64,000 bases of DNA from Chthoniobacterales bacterium (GCA_051003415.1 JBPCLI010000015.1:4135-68134); one strand, 5' to 3'. Shown: positions 38,066-47,700, counted from the stretch's first letter. The notes: generated from the letters alone by a model not told the origin. A program made the numbers and translations.

Positions 38066-39846
38066 CGCTGCCGGGCGCTGAGGATACCCGCGCGGCCGAG
38101 GTAGCCGATGACTTTCTTCGGCGCGGCACGATCAACCACCGGCAAGCGGCCGACATCGTTGCGGAGAAGCTTGGCGATGACATCGTAAAGGGTCTCGTCC
38201 GGGTAAGCGACGACCAGCTCGGTCTGGCCGGCCTCCAGCACGGTGAATGTCTCATCACGCGAGCGTTCGAAAGCGCGCACGACGTCGCCGCGGGTGATGA
38301 TTCCCACAAGCTCGCCCGCTTCGTTGCCGAGCAGGGTCCCCTGATGCGAGCAAAGGAGCGGGTCGCCGCTGGCGATGCGCGCGGAATAGCGCGGCAACGG
38401 CGTCGTCGCGGGCAGGAGGGTAAATTCTCGATCCATCACCTCTCCCACGCGCATCAGTTCGAAGAGGTCGACGCTATATTCACGCGCGATGTGTTGCCCG
38501 CGGCGGGCCAGTTTCTCCGTGAGAATAAAGCGCCGCATCATTAGCACCGTCACCGCCAAGGCCGCGACCGATTCGCAAAGTAAGGCCGGGAGCGCGTTGT
38601 AATCCGCGGTTAGCTCAAGAATGAAGAACACACCGGTAAGTGGAAAACGCATCGTTCCGCCCATCATCCCGGCCATCGCCACCATCGCCCACAGGCTGGG
38701 ATCGCCCACAGGCAGCCATTGACCGACGAAGGCTCCGAGCGCACCGCCGATGATGAGCAACGGAGCGAGGACGCCGCCCGAGGTGCCGGAACCTAACGAG
38801 ATTGACTAGACGATCGCTTTCAGGAGGAGGAGCGAGACCACGGCCGCGCCTACGATGTGACCCTGAAGCAGACCATCGATTAAGTAGTATCCCACTCCCA
38901 GCACACGTGGATCAAACCAGCCGCCTAAACCGACAAAAATGGCGCCCAAAGCGGGCCACCACATCCAGTGGATGGGCAGCTTGAGGAAGATATCTTCGCA
39001 AAAATAAACCAGCACGGTCAATAACCCAGACCCGAAACCGGTTAGGAGGCCAATCAGCACTGCGCATAAGATGGTCGTCGCCCCGAGGGCGGCATGCGGA
39101 TGAACAGGGAAGATAGGTCCCGCACCCAGCAAGGGCACGCGGAGCAGCGTTGCCACGATGGATGCCACCGCGACCGGGATAAAGCTGCGCGGACGCCATT
39201 CAAAGAGCAAGAGTTCCACTGCCAGCAGGGTGGCCGCAATCGGCGTGGAAAAGACCGCGGCCATTCCGCCGGCGGCGCCCGCAACAAGGAGAGTTTTCCG
39301 CTCCGCGGCGGTGAGATGAAAGAGCTGGGCGATGAGCGAGCCGAGCGCTCCACCTGTCATAATAATGGGACCCTCGGCTCCAAAAGGACCGCCCGTGCCG
39401 ATGGAGATGGCCGATGAGATTGGCTTCAAGATCGCCACCTTGGGCTCGATTACACTCTGGCCGAGAAGGATCGCTTCCAAGGCCTCCGGAATCCCGTGTC
39501 CGCGAATCTTCTCGGAACCGTAATGCGCCATCAATCCAATGATCAGCGCGCCCGCCACCGGCGCAGCGATGATCCACCAGCCCAGGTGATGATCTTCCAA
39601 CGGCGGAAGGGCCGCTCCGAAGCGTTGGAAGAATACAAGGTTAGTAATCTCGGCGATTAACCAAAGCAGCGCTTTGGCGACGAAGGCGCTGACCACACCG
39701 ACCGGTATGGCGAGTCCCACGAGCACGAGCATGCGCGAATCAGTGCGGAAATCCCGCAGCAAGTGGGACGCGTCTTTCCTTCCGTCCGCAGCATCTGTTC
39801 GTTCCATCTGCCCGATAATTTCCGCGCCAGCGTAAGTTTCAAGCAA
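38005..39846 (-). pseudogene. ClC chloride channel with C-terminal CBS pair, interrupted by one in-frame TAG (38806..38808)
   Basis: ORFs 38806..39846 and 38005..38760 are in the same frame. Reading through gives ...LLLKAIV*SISLGSGTSGGVLAPLLIIGGALG. The ClC boxes GHGIPE, GAEGP and GGVLAP are all present, as are the CBS domains (VGIITRGDVV, IGYLGRAGIL). Confidence 0.8.
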
Positions 39847-40145
39847 CTGCGCGGATCAAGCGGATAGATCAGCTCGCCATAATCTTTGAAGACGCTTCCC
39901 CAAGACCGCGAGCCTTTGCTGTCCGCCGCTTACCCGACTCCTTCGCGACGCCTTTGGATTTCTTCTCGTCGCTCTCTACGTCCGTCCGATCAGGTGTACG
40001 ACATGATCGAGCAGAAGGTGCGCAAGATTCTCGACCGCATGAAGTCGTTTCGGACTTAACACACGAGAGAGCGGCTTTCGCCCCTCGCTCCCACGTGATG
40101 CTCCGTGGTTTCCTTCCGGCGCAAGCTGGTTAACTTCATCGCCGC

Positions 40146-41444
40146 ATGCCGGAAGTAACCTACGACGTGGCCATCATCGGCGGCGGACCCGCAGGGAGCA
40201 CCGCCGCGACGCTGCTCGCCCGGGCCGGTCGGAAAGTGATCGTCTGCGAACGCGAGAGATTCCCGCGCTTCCACATCGGCGAATCACTTTTGCCGGTGAG
40301 CATGAAGACGTTCACCCGGCTCGGGGTGCATGAGAAGTTCGCCCAGGCCGGATTTATCCGGAAGTACGGCGGCGAAATGGCGGGCGCCTGTTCCCAGCAA
40401 GGGGTGAAGTTTTATTTCAAGGACGGCTTCAACTCGCAGACGGAAACGTCCTACCAGGTGCCGCGGGCGGAGTTCGACAAGCTGCTGCTCGATCACGCGG
40501 CGGAGAATGGCGCCGAGGTGCGCGAGGAAACAGCAGTCAAGGGAGTGGAATTTTTCGACGATCGCGTGGAGCTGCAGCTCGAGTCGAAGAGCGGCCACGC
40601 AGAAAAGATCGACGCGCGCTATGTGATCGACGCCAGCGGGCGGCACTCGATTCTGGGGAATCATTTCAAGCTGAAGGAGACCTATCCGCATCTCCAGAAA
40701 ATCTCGATCTTCGCCCACTACGAAGGGGTGGAGGCGGATGAAGGCCGCGACGGCACGCTGACGCGCCAACTGCGCGCGGCCGATCGCTGGTTCTGGTATG
40801 TGCCCTTGCCTAACGACCGGGCCAGCCTCGGCGTGGTGCTCGATACCGCGCTCTATCGGCAGATGAAAAAATCTCCCGAGCAGTTCCTCGAAGAGGCCCT
40901 GGCCGAGCAACCATTTCTCGCCCGGCGCATGACGCACGCCCGGCGGGTCACGCCCGCTTATGCGAGCGCCGACTTTTCCTATCGCCAAACGAAACTTACC
41001 GGCGAGCGCTGGATGCTGGCGGGCGATGCCGCCGGGTTCATCGACCCGGTTTTCAGCAGCGGGGTTTTTCTCGCGCTGCTCGCGGGCGAACAAGCGGCCG
41101 ACATTCTGGATGTCGTGCTCGATCACCCGCACAAGGCGCCCCGGCTCTTTGCCCGATACGAGCGCCTCCTACGACGCACGATGAAAGGCTATCTGCGTTT
41201 CGTCGATGCCTGGTATTCGAAGGAATTCATCGAGGTTTTCCTTTATCCGCAGGATGTCCTGCAGATTCCGCCGGCCGTGAACGCCGTCCTTGGCGGCAAC
41301 ATCAGCGGGAGCTTCGCGATTCGCTGGCGCATGTCGGCCTTCTATTTCATAGTCTGGCTGCAACGCTATCTGCCGCTCTGCCCGCGCCGCACGCTGGTCG
41401 CGCCAAGGGCCCCGGCTCAACCCGCCCTGCGTTCCGCTGCCTAA
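40146..41444 (+). CDS. Flavin-dependent halogenase-like FAD oxidoreductase
   Basis: GGGPAGS, FPRFHIGESLLP, WFWYVP (WxWxIP-like box). N-terminus closely parallels 10423..11814. The TAA stop lies inside a motif copy. Confidence 0.75.
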   Translation: MPEVTYDVAIIGGGPAGSTAATLLARAGRKVIVCERERFPRFHIGESLLPVSMKTFTRLGVHEKFAQAGFIRKYGGEMAGACSQQGVKFYFKDGFNSQTETSYQVPRAEFDKLLLDHAAENGAEVREETAVKGVEFFDDRVELQLESKSGHAEKIDARYVIDASGRHSILGNHFKLKETYPHLQKISIFAHYEGVEADEGRDGTLTRQLRAADRWFWYVPLPNDRASLGVVLDTALYRQMKKSPEQFLEEALAEQPFLARRMTHARRVTPAYASADFSYRQTKLTGERWMLAGDAAGFIDPVFSSGVFLALLAGEQAADILDVVLDHPHKAPRLFARYERLLRRTMKGYLRFVDAWYSKEFIEVFLYPQDVLQIPPAVNAVLGGNISGSFAIRWRMSAFYFIVWLQRYLPLCPRRTLVAPRAPAQPALRSAA

Positions 41445-41475
41445 CGAATGGACCCACGCGCCCGGGAAAACCAAC

Positions 41476-41546
41476 GTGGAAGGGGCCTCTGTGCCCCGAT
41501 GGCTGCGGCGCTTTCGCTGATCGGGGCGCAAAGGCCCCTCTCACAT
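41476..41546. repeat. REP-like double-hairpin palindromic element, copy 2
   Basis: GTGGAAGGGGCCTCTGTGCCCCGAT ... GATCGGGGCGCAAAGGCCCCTCTCACAT. The arms are the same as in copy 1 but the centre is shorter. Confidence 0.85.
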
Positions 41547-41945
41547 TTGCTGGTCTTCCTCGTTCTTTGCCTAACGAGTTGCCAAGCACTGCGTCACCAG
41601 CTTGCCTCCCCGGAGCCTGATTGGCAATCGAAGGTCGGCCAACTCCAGTACCGAGGACCAAAAACCTCGCTTATTGGAGAAGTCCTCGTCCGTTATTCCG
41701 GGCAGGGCGATTTCGAGCTCACTTTCAGCAAAGGGCCGGGCGTCATTTTGCTCACCGTCCGCCAGGATGAGAAGTTCGTGCGCGTCAGCGGCCCCCTCGC
41801 CCGCGGCTCGTGGTCGGGACCGCCTAACGAGACGCCCGCGCGGTTGCGCGGCTGGGTTTCGCTCCGGGAACTGCTGCTCCGGAGCAAGGACCAGCCGCTC
41901 ATCCGCGAAACCCTCGGGTCCGACCGCTTCACCTTCGCTTTTTGA
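41499..41945 (+). CDS. Lipoprotein of the MMPL/LolA-like export module (start uncertain)
   Basis: Lipobox LVLCLTSC. The candidate ATG at 41499 lies inside the REP-like element; an alternative is the TTG near 41536. The position before the MMPL gene recalls the small lipoproteins of aryl-polyene-type export modules. Confidence 0.5.
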   Translation: MAAALSLIGAQRPLSHLLVFLVLCLTSCQALRHQLASPEPDWQSKVGQLQYRGPKTSLIGEVLVRYSGQGDFELTFSKGPGVILLTVRQDEKFVRVSGPLARGSWSGPPNETPARLRGWVSLRELLLRSKDQPLIRETLGSDRFTFAF

Positions 41946-41960
41946 CCGCGGCGGTCGCTG

Positions 41961-44477
41961 ATGTCGTACTCGAAGTTCATCGCCCGCCTCGTCACGCAGC
42001 ATCGCGCGCCGGTCTGGATGGGCGTTTTCTTCATCGCCGGGGTCAGCCTTTATATCCTCGTCACGCGCCTGACCCTCGACACCGAGGTGCTGAATCTGCT
42101 CCCGGCCAAGTTCGAATCGGTCCAGGGCCTCAAGGTTTATAACAACGATTTCGCCCAGACTCGCGAGCTGACTTTCGCCCTCTCCTGTCAGCCTAACGAC
42201 GTCGACAAGCTGGAGGAATTCGCCCTGGTCTTCGGGCAACGCCTTCGCGAACAGTCCTGGAGCACGCGCGTCCTCGCCGGCTCACCGATGGAATCGCCGG
42301 AAGCGATCAAGGATTTGCAGGGACTCGCCGTTCCGCTGCTTCTTAATCTCGAACCGCAGGCTTTTACCGACACTCTCGCCATCCTGCAGCCTGAAAAACT
42401 GCAGGCGCGTCTGGCGCGGTTGCATCACGAAATCGAAGCGGGCTCGCCGCGGCCGGAGCTTGAGCTGCAGCTCGATCCGTTAGGCGTGATCGCGCCCGCG
42501 CTCAAGCCTTTTTCCGGCAATGCCGCCCTTGAGCAGGATCAGCCGCTCACTTCGCCCGATCGCACAATGCGCGTTTTCCTTGCAGTCACGAACCAGCCGT
42601 CGATCAGCGCTTTCGATTGCCAGGTCCTGATGAAAAAGGTGAACGCCTTTCGCGCCGGCGCGAGCGCGGGCTGGGAAGGCGCCGGGCCGCTCGAGGTGCT
42701 CGTGACCGGGCGGTCGGCTTACGTCGCGGAAATTTCCTTGGGCATGCGGCACGACATTACCGTCACGCTGCTCGGCTCGATCTTTCTCGTGGGTGGCGTG
42801 TTCTTCGTCGGTTTTCGCCGCTGGCTGCCGCTCATCGGTATGGGTTTCTCGCTCCTCCTCTGCTGCCTCGTCGCGCTCGCCGCCGGGCTCCTCATTTTTC
42901 ACGAGCTCAACATGGTGACGATCGGGATGTGCGCGATCCTCATCGGGCTCGGGGTCGATTTCGCCATTCTGATTTTTGGGCGCTACCAGCAGGCGCGCAA
43001 CGAAGGAGCCGAGCACGCGCCCGCCATCGAGGCGGCGGTGGCGAGACTGGGCCGCGCCATTTTCTTCGGCGCGCTCACCACCGCGGTCGGGTTCATGGCG
43101 CTGCTTCTCGCCAACTCGGGCGGTTTCACCCAGCTCGGAGTGCTGATCGCGGTCGGCATCCTGGTCGCCGCGCTTTTCATGACGAGCGTTTTCTTTTTGT
43201 TCATCCGCGAGCGCTCGCGCCCGCCGCGCAACGATTGGATTCTCGCGGTCGTTAGGCTTTACGTCCGGCGAACCTTGCGCACGCCCGGGCTCATCCTTTG
43301 GATCGCGCTCCCGATTCTGGTGATTTTGTTCGCGCTCGCGCTTCTCCCGCAACTGCCGCTCATCTTCGACGCCAGCACGCGCTCGATGGAACCGAAGTCG
43401 AGCGAGGCCGGTTATGCTCTCGCCCACATCATGGGGAAAATGCCGACCCGCTGGGAGCCGGTTCTCGCCCTTCTCCGCGCGCCTAACGAGGAGCGGCTGC
43501 ACGAGGATTGGCAGAATATCGAAGCCCGCTGGCGCTCGCTCGAAAAGACCGGCGCGATCAAGAGTTTCTCCACGCCGGCCGCGCTCGCCCTCTCTCCGCG
43601 CCTGATGGCAGCGAACCGGCAACGGCTGAGCTCGATCGATTTCGCCGCCGCCCGCCGCGCGCTCGTGGAAGCGATCGCGCGCGAAGGCTTCAGCCGCGAA
43701 AGTTTTGCCGCCGGTTTTACCCTGCTCGATCAGCTCGAAGCAGTCGCCCGCGGGACGATGCCGATCCCTGATTGGCGCAAGGCGTTGCCACCTTCCTCGA
43801 GCTGGTGGTTTCTCGTCGACCGCTATTTCGCGGCCGACCCGCTGCTCACGGTCGGTTTCGTGACCACGAATAAACCGGTCCAAACTCACGACCAAAAGGA
43901 AATGCTGATGCGCGAATTGCCGGTGGAGGGTGTGCCGATGATCCTCTCCGGCTGGAGCTTCACCCTCACCGATCTCATCCCGTGGTCGCATCGCCAGCTG
44001 ATTCTGATCAGTACGCTGATGGCTTTCTTCGACGGCTTCCTCCTCGCCCTGCTCTATCGCGATTGGCGGCTTTGGTTGATCCAGATCGCCACTCTTGCCC
44101 TCGCCATCGGCGCCATGATCGCGACGATGAAACTGGCGCACATTCCGCTCAATCTGCTTAACGTCCTCGCCTTTCGCCTCGTCCTCGCGATCGGCGTGGA
44201 TTACGGCATCTACGTCCTGCTCGTCTGGCAGCGCGCCCGCGAGATCGAGCATGACGTGGCCGGTGTGCTTAAGCCCGTGCTGCTCGCCGGTTTGACTGCG
44301 ATCGCCGGCTTCGGTTCGTTAGGCTTGGCCAATAATCCGATCTTGAGCGGGCTCGGCATCGCGTGCGCGATCGGACTGGCCTGGAGCCTGTTTGCCACCA
44401 TCTTTTTTACCCTGCCCGCAGCAGCCATCGCAGAACCGATGTCTATTGAAGCGCGCAAATTACTCGCCGGCACATGA
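41961..44477 (+). CDS. MMPL/RND-superfamily lipid exporter
   Basis: 838 aa. Two repeats of a periplasmic domain plus 5-6 TM bundles (LGVDFAILIFGRY..., IGVDYGIYVLLVW...). Confidence 0.85.
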   Translation: MSYSKFIARLVTQHRAPVWMGVFFIAGVSLYILVTRLTLDTEVLNLLPAKFESVQGLKVYNNDFAQTRELTFALSCQPNDVDKLEEFALVFGQRLREQSWSTRVLAGSPMESPEAIKDLQGLAVPLLLNLEPQAFTDTLAILQPEKLQARLARLHHEIEAGSPRPELELQLDPLGVIAPALKPFSGNAALEQDQPLTSPDRTMRVFLAVTNQPSISAFDCQVLMKKVNAFRAGASAGWEGAGPLEVLVTGRSAYVAEISLGMRHDITVTLLGSIFLVGGVFFVGFRRWLPLIGMGFSLLLCCLVALAAGLLIFHELNMVTIGMCAILIGLGVDFAILIFGRYQQARNEGAEHAPAIEAAVARLGRAIFFGALTTAVGFMALLLANSGGFTQLGVLIAVGILVAALFMTSVFFLFIRERSRPPRNDWILAVVRLYVRRTLRTPGLILWIALPILVILFALALLPQLPLIFDASTRSMEPKSSEAGYALAHIMGKMPTRWEPVLALLRAPNEERLHEDWQNIEARWRSLEKTGAIKSFSTPAALALSPRLMAANRQRLSSIDFAAARRALVEAIAREGFSRESFAAGFTLLDQLEAVARGTMPIPDWRKALPPSSSWWFLVDRYFAADPLLTVGFVTTNKPVQTHDQKEMLMRELPVEGVPMILSGWSFTLTDLIPWSHRQLILISTLMAFFDGFLLALLYRDWRLWLIQIATLALAIGAMIATMKLAHIPLNLLNVLAFRLVLAIGVDYGIYVLLVWQRAREIEHDVAGVLKPVLLAGLTAIAGFGSLGLANNPILSGLGIACAIGLAWSLFATIFFTLPAAAIAEPMSIEARKLLAGT

Positions 44478-45142
44478 TTTCCAGATTCGCACTTCTCGCT
44501 TTCTGCGCCTCAGTCGCATTGACCGGCCTTCAGGCCGAGCCGCTCGCGCCGCCGGACGTCAAGGCTCTGCTCGACCGCATTCGCGCCAAGCGCGCCGGCG
44601 CACCGCAGTTGCAGGCTGATTTCCATGAAGAAAAAACCGTCCACCTGATGAACAAGCCGATCAGCAGCACGGGCAAAGTCTGGTTTCAAAAGCCAGATAA
44701 ATTCCGCCGCGAGGTGACGGGCAACTCGCCCAGCGTCATGGTCAGCGATGGCAAGCAGCTCTGGATTTATTACCCGAAATTCAAGTCGGCCGAGCACTAC
44801 TCGTTAGGCAAACACTCGCCGCTGGACGCCGGGATCGCCGCCCTCACTGCCGCGCTCAATCTCGAGAACGTCGAGAACAGCTACCATATTGCGGGCAGCA
44901 AACTCGATGACGGTTACGAACTGCAACTGGCGCCGCGCAATCCTTCCCTCAAACGGCTACTCAAGACATTCAACATCCAGATGAACGCTGATCTCCAGGT
45001 GGAGCGAACCGAGATGGTGCAGCCGAATGGCGACCACATCGTGACCAAATATTCTAACGAATCACGTGCCCCGATCGATCCCTCCACTTTCACCTTCAGC
45101 GCGCCGACCGGGACAGACGTGACCACACCGCTCGGTCGTTAG
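44474..45142 (+). CDS. LolA-like outer-membrane lipoprotein carrier family protein
   Basis: Signal peptide. LQADFHEEKTVHLMNKPISSTGKVWFQKPDKFRREV is typical of LolA-fold proteins. 4-nt overlap with the MMPL gene. The TAG stop lies inside a motif copy. Confidence 0.8.
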   Translation: MISRFALLAFCASVALTGLQAEPLAPPDVKALLDRIRAKRAGAPQLQADFHEEKTVHLMNKPISSTGKVWFQKPDKFRREVTGNSPSVMVSDGKQLWIYYPKFKSAEHYSLGKHSPLDAGIAALTAALNLENVENSYHIAGSKLDDGYELQLAPRNPSLKRLLKTFNIQMNADLQVERTEMVQPNGDHIVTKYSNESRAPIDPSTFTFSAPTGTDVTTPLGR

Positions 45143-45171
45143 GCCGAGGAGATTTCGCCGGCCGCAAAGCC

Positions 45172-45897
45172 ATGGCGACAAAACAACATCCTGAGATTTC
45201 GATCGTCATTCCGGTCACGAACGAGGCCGTCGCGCTGCCGCATTGCCTGCAGCGCATCGAGTGCGATTGCACCGAAATCCTGGTCGTCGACGGCGGGAGC
45301 GAGGACGACACCCGCCCCATCGCCGAGGCGGCAGGTTGCCGGGTCATCTCAGTCCCGGAACGGCATCGTGCGCGGCAGATGAACCTCGGCGCCGCGCAGG
45401 CCCGTGGCCGAATTTTGCTTTTCCTGCATGCCGACACCTGGCTCCCGCCGAGCGCGCTCGAGCAGGCCCGGCGTGCGATCGACGAGCGGGGTGCCCTCGG
45501 GGGTGGCTTCGCCCGCCGCTACCGCGCGCGCTCGCTCACTCTCGCGCTCACCTGCCACCTCGCCGGGCTGCGCAACCGCCTCTTCGGCTGGCATCTCGGT
45601 GACCAAGCCCTTTTCGTTAGGCGAGATATCTTTCAGCAGCTCGGCGGTTACCGCGACTTTCCCATCTTCGAAGACCTCGATTTCTCGCGCCGCTTGCGCC
45701 GGCTGGGCCGGACGGTCACCCTAACCCCGCCGATCTCTTCCTCCGCGCGCCGCTTTGCGGAAAAAGGGCCGCTTCGCACGACATGGCACGATCTGCTTCT
45801 GACCCGCCGATATTTGTCCGGTGAAAATCCGAATCGTCTTTGCCAAGAGGGGCGGGATCGCCTAAAAACTGTGCAAGCCTATGAACGCCTATCTTGA
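45172..45897 (+). CDS. Family-2 glycosyltransferase
   Basis: ISIVIPVTNE, VVDGGSEDDT, ILLFLHADTWLP. Confidence 0.8.
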   Translation: MATKQHPEISIVIPVTNEAVALPHCLQRIECDCTEILVVDGGSEDDTRPIAEAAGCRVISVPERHRARQMNLGAAQARGRILLFLHADTWLPPSALEQARRAIDERGALGGGFARRYRARSLTLALTCHLAGLRNRLFGWHLGDQALFVRRDIFQQLGGYRDFPIFEDLDFSRRLRRLGRTVTLTPPISSSARRFAEKGPLRTTWHDLLLTRRYLSGENPNRLCQEGRDRLKTVQAYERLS

Positions 45898-46552
45898 TCG
45901 CCTCGACGCCCAAATCGCTGCCCGCCATCTTTTAACGCATCCGTTTTACCTTGCCTGGACTCGCGGCGAGCTGAGTCGGGAGACGCTGGCCGATTATGCC
46001 GGCCAGTATTATAAGCACGTTGCCGCCTTCCCGACTTATCTCTCCGCCGTGCACGCGCGCTGCGACGATCAGCCGACCCGCCGCCAGATTCTGGCCAACC
46101 TGATCGACGAAGAAGCGGGCGATCCGAATCATCCGCAACTCTGGAAAAACTTCGCCGCCGCTCTCGGTCTTTCGCCTAACGACCTCGACAACACCGCAAC
46201 CTGGCCGGAGACGGCGGAACTGATCGCGACCTTCCGCGCGGTCTGCCGCGAGGGCGATATCGCCGAGGGGCTGGCCGCACTTTACGCCTACGAAAGCCAG
46301 ATCCCGGCCGTCTCGGAATCGAAAATCGACGGACTGGTGAAGCACTACCAATTCGACCATCCGGAAAGCTATCGCTATTTCACGGTCCACATCGAGGCCG
46401 ATCGTGAACACGCCGCGGCTGAGCGGGCAATGCTCGAGAACCATCTGCGCGAGGAGAATTCCGCGGCGGTCACGAAAGCGGCCGACCGGATTCTGGCCGC
46501 GCTCTGGGAACTGCTCTCCGGGGTCTGCCGCCGGCACGCGATCGCTTGTTAG
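45881..46552 (+). CDS. Heme-oxygenase-like di-iron enzyme (CADD / PqqC / TenA-like fold)
   Basis: HPFYLAWTRGELSRETLADYAGQYYKHVAAFPTYLS and LIDEEAGDPNHPQLW match the pattern I recall for the CADD/PqqC-like family. Confidence 0.65.
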   Translation: MNAYLDRLDAQIAARHLLTHPFYLAWTRGELSRETLADYAGQYYKHVAAFPTYLSAVHARCDDQPTRRQILANLIDEEAGDPNHPQLWKNFAAALGLSPNDLDNTATWPETAELIATFRAVCREGDIAEGLAALYAYESQIPAVSESKIDGLVKHYQFDHPESYRYFTVHIEADREHAAAERAMLENHLREENSAAVTKAADRILAALWELLSGVCRRHAIAC

Positions 46553-46621
46553 GCGACAGAGCGGGAATAGCTGCTCTCGGCGACGCTCCTACGCTCGGTG
46601 GGAAAAGAAGACGGCACTTAG

Positions 46622-47700
46622 AATCTGGTCGTGATCGGCGCCGGCACCGGCGGCCTCGTCACGGCAGCAGGATCGGTCGCGCTCGGGGAGCGTGTCGCCT
46701 TGGTCGAGCGCAACCGGATGGGCGGCGACTGTCTGAACTTGGGCTGCGTCCCCAGCAAGGCGTTGATTTTCTCGGCGCGCCTCCTCGATCGCATGCGCCA
46801 CGCCGACAAGTGGGGCCGGAATTCGATTTTCAAAAAGTCTTCGCCAGCATGCGCGCACAGCAGGCGGCACTGGCGCCCCTCGATTCGGCGGGACGTTTCG
46901 AGTCGTTAGGGGTGGATGTCTTTCGCGGGGAAGCGAGCTTCCTTTCCCCGCACGAGATCGCCGTCGGCGACCTGAAACTGCGCGCCCGCAATTGCATCAT
47001 CGCGACCGGCTCTCGCGCTGCGATTCCGGCTCCGATCGGATCGAGCCATGCTCCCTATTTCACCAACGAGACGATTTTTGACGAACTGAAGGAGAAGCCG
47101 GAAAGCCTCATCGTCGTGGGCGGCGGACCGATCGGCTGCGAGCTCGGGCAGATGTTTAACCGGCTCGGAGTGAAGGTGACCATCCTGCACAAAGGAAAAC
47201 GTCTCCTCGAGAAAGAGGATCCGATCGTGAGTACGGTTCTGGCGGAGATGCTGGAGGCCGAGGGAGTGCGCGTTCTCACCGGGGCCGTAATCGAGGAGGT
47301 GCAGGAATCGGGCGCGGGCATTTCTCTGCGTTCGGGCGGGGAGAAAATGTCGGCGACGGCGCTGCTCGTCGCGGCCGGCCGTCAGCCGAACGTGGAAAAT
47401 CTGAACCTGCAAAAAGCTAACGTCGCCTTTACAGCAAAAGAGGTGACGGTCGACGAGCATCTCGAGACGACGCAGCCGGGGATTTACGCGATCGGAGACA
47501 TTATCGGCCAACTCCAGTTCACCCACGTGGCCGATTACCACGCGCGAATCGCGCGCCTATCTCGGAGCGATCGGCCAGGCCGGTCTGTCCGGCGAAGAAA
47601 AAGGCCACAGCCCGCTGGAGTGGACCTTGCTCGGAATCGGTCTTCTCGTAACCGTCGGGATGACGATCTTCGATCAGCCGGCTGGCGAAAAACGCGCTGA
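46622..47700 (+). pseudogene. Decayed pyridine-nucleotide-disulfide oxidoreductase (Lpd/MerA-like)
   Basis: VIGAGTGG...GGDCLNLGCVPSK (redox CxxxxC) is in one frame. After ~46810 the protein continues in another frame (VGPEFDFQKVF ... VVGGGPIGCELG ... YAIGDI ... FTHVADYHARIA). A stop lies 3 codons upstream of the GxGxxG, and the dimerisation domain is missing. Confidence 0.7.

Noticed and set aside
37630-38544. Long antisense or shadow ORFs typical of high-GC DNA. Examples: 37630..38544 (+), 42480..44252 (-), 47627..49333 (+), 29699..30829 (-), 59739..61019 (-), 16078..16995 (-), 54177..55220 (+), 22891..23898 (-), 40284..41132 (-)
   Set aside because: Each lies opposite a gene with clear family motifs. 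The translations are Arg/Gly/Pro/Ala-rich with no recognisable domains, and third-position GC favours the other strand.
39847-40145. Fluoride riboswitch or other leader upstream of the ClC gene, and a tiny ORF (MIEQKVRKILDRMKSFRT, about 40003-40059)
   Set aside because: The crcB-motif core (GAUGG...UUC..CC...GCUGAUGAU.CCUAC) is not present on the relevant strand. The ClC carries CBS domains, so it is a canonical rather than ClC-F type. The 18-codon ORF has no RBS or support.
41448-41498. Upstream start (MDPRARENQRGRGLCAP...) for the export-module lipoprotein
   Set aside because: This segment is the left arm of the REP-like element and is highly basic nonsense. A start at 41499 or just after the element gives a normal lipoprotein signal peptide.
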